A stretch of DNA of 63,998 nt, counting the filler, from an uncultured bacterium (GTDB lineage Bacteria; DAOPZR01), in NCBI GenBank assembly GCA_964637655.1. It is 15 parts of 15 records of this genome, joined end to end, with 100 filler letters (N's around TTAATTAATTAA, not from the genome) between each part and the next. Parts side by side here need not be neighbours in the genome. Positions count along the whole stretch, not along the records: positions 61,682 to 63,998 come from CAZWUZ010000424.1; 14 more parts are not named here. One strand, written 5' to 3'. The notes below the pieces were generated by a model, which was given only the letters and a program-made list of their open reading frames with translations, was not told the DNA's origin and made no database searches. The position numbers were made by a program, and so were the translations under genes. How positions within the stretch are numbered: the stretch's first letter is position 1; each line of letters opens with the position of its first letter. Shown piece by piece: positions 63,384 to 63,998 of the stretch.

Positions 63384-63698
63384 ATGCGTCCCCCGCGCTA
63401 CAGCCGCAACCGTTTGCCGCTCTACCTCCGTATCCACAATTTCCAGCTGTGGCTGAATGAGCAGTCCTATATCCGCACGAAGAAACTGCGCAAGGCCTGG
63501 CACAAACTGCCGTTCATCCGCAGCCGCCTGCGCAGCACCCCGGGCATGGTCCCGCGCTTCCTCTACAACCAGATTGTCCTGCTCATCCTGCTGCTCTTCT
63601 TCATCCTGCTCCTCACCTTCGGCGAGGGCTGGCTCAACCGCAACGAGATTGCCAAGATGATGACCGGCGGCGCTGTGCCGCTCCCCGCCGACCCCTGA
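63384..63698 (+). CDS. Small basic membrane protein, hypothetical
   Basis: ATG 1 nt after the preceding stop; high-GC3 codons; one TM helix (IVLLILLLFFILLLTF). Confidence 0.6.
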   Translation: MRPPRYSRNRLPLYLRIHNFQLWLNEQSYIRTKKLRKAWHKLPFIRSRLRSTPGMVPRFLYNQIVLLILLLFFILLLTFGEGWLNRNEIAKMMTGGAVPLPADP

Positions 63699-63699
63699 G

Positions 63700-63998
63700 C
63701 TATTCCCGGATCAATTCGCTGATGGTGCGGCGGAAGGCCGCGAGTTCGTCGTCGCTGACCGCGTTGTCCGCCAGCAGCGCCGACCACGCGTCGAATAATT
63801 GCGTGCGTTCCGCCGGCGCGAGTTTCCCCGCCGCATCGGCCGCCGCTGCCTGCGCGAAGAGTTCCGCGCATTCGCGGCGCTGCGTCGCGGTCAGTTGCGG
63901 CCACTCGCCCGCCGTCGCGGCGCTGCGCTGCAGCGCCTCGCCGTCCGGCGCGGCCGCCGCTACCGGGTCCCCCGCCGGCCGCTCGGGGAGCGCGGGGA
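63700..63998 (-). CDS. Hypothetical protein, C-terminal part
   Basis: Open frame ending ...DNAVSDDELAAFRRTISELIRE*. Confidence 0.5.
   Translation of the reverse strand, partial: PALPERPAGDPVAAAAPDGEALQRSAATAGEWPQLTATQRRECAELFAQAAAADAAGKLAPAERTQLFDAWSALLADNAVSDDELAAFRRTISELIRE

Overview
The window is not contiguous DNA. It joins 15 short pieces (about 4.2-4.5 kb, sorted by decreasing length) with 100-nt N-TTAATTAATTAA-N linkers, so gene neighbourhoods only mean something within a piece. The source is a high-GC, apparently diderm bacterium whose taxon I cannot assign. Housekeeping content: atpAGDC, a DEAD-box helicase, proA-nadD-yqeK-LCP-rsfS, argD-argG-argH-lysA, panD, cbiB-like, xseAB and xfp. 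It also carries a type III R-M locus, a Wsp-like chemosensory cluster, several two-component systems, an ExbBD/TonB-TPR cluster, two radical SAM genes and a RAYT-type HUH transposase. The most notable observations are: (1) a cyclic-nucleotide-binding domain fused to a C-terminal Hfq/Sm-like domain, upstream of a degenerate-GGDEF response regulator; (2) two single genes each bracketed by perfect inverted repeats, a RAYT by 21 bp and an ordinary radical SAM gene by 27 bp, with a third copy of the 27-mer in-frame inside another ORF; (3) a mosaic mod gene with a coupled AT-rich upstream gene; (4) an apparent G-run frameshift in a response regulator. All calls come from motif reading by eye; no database search was run.
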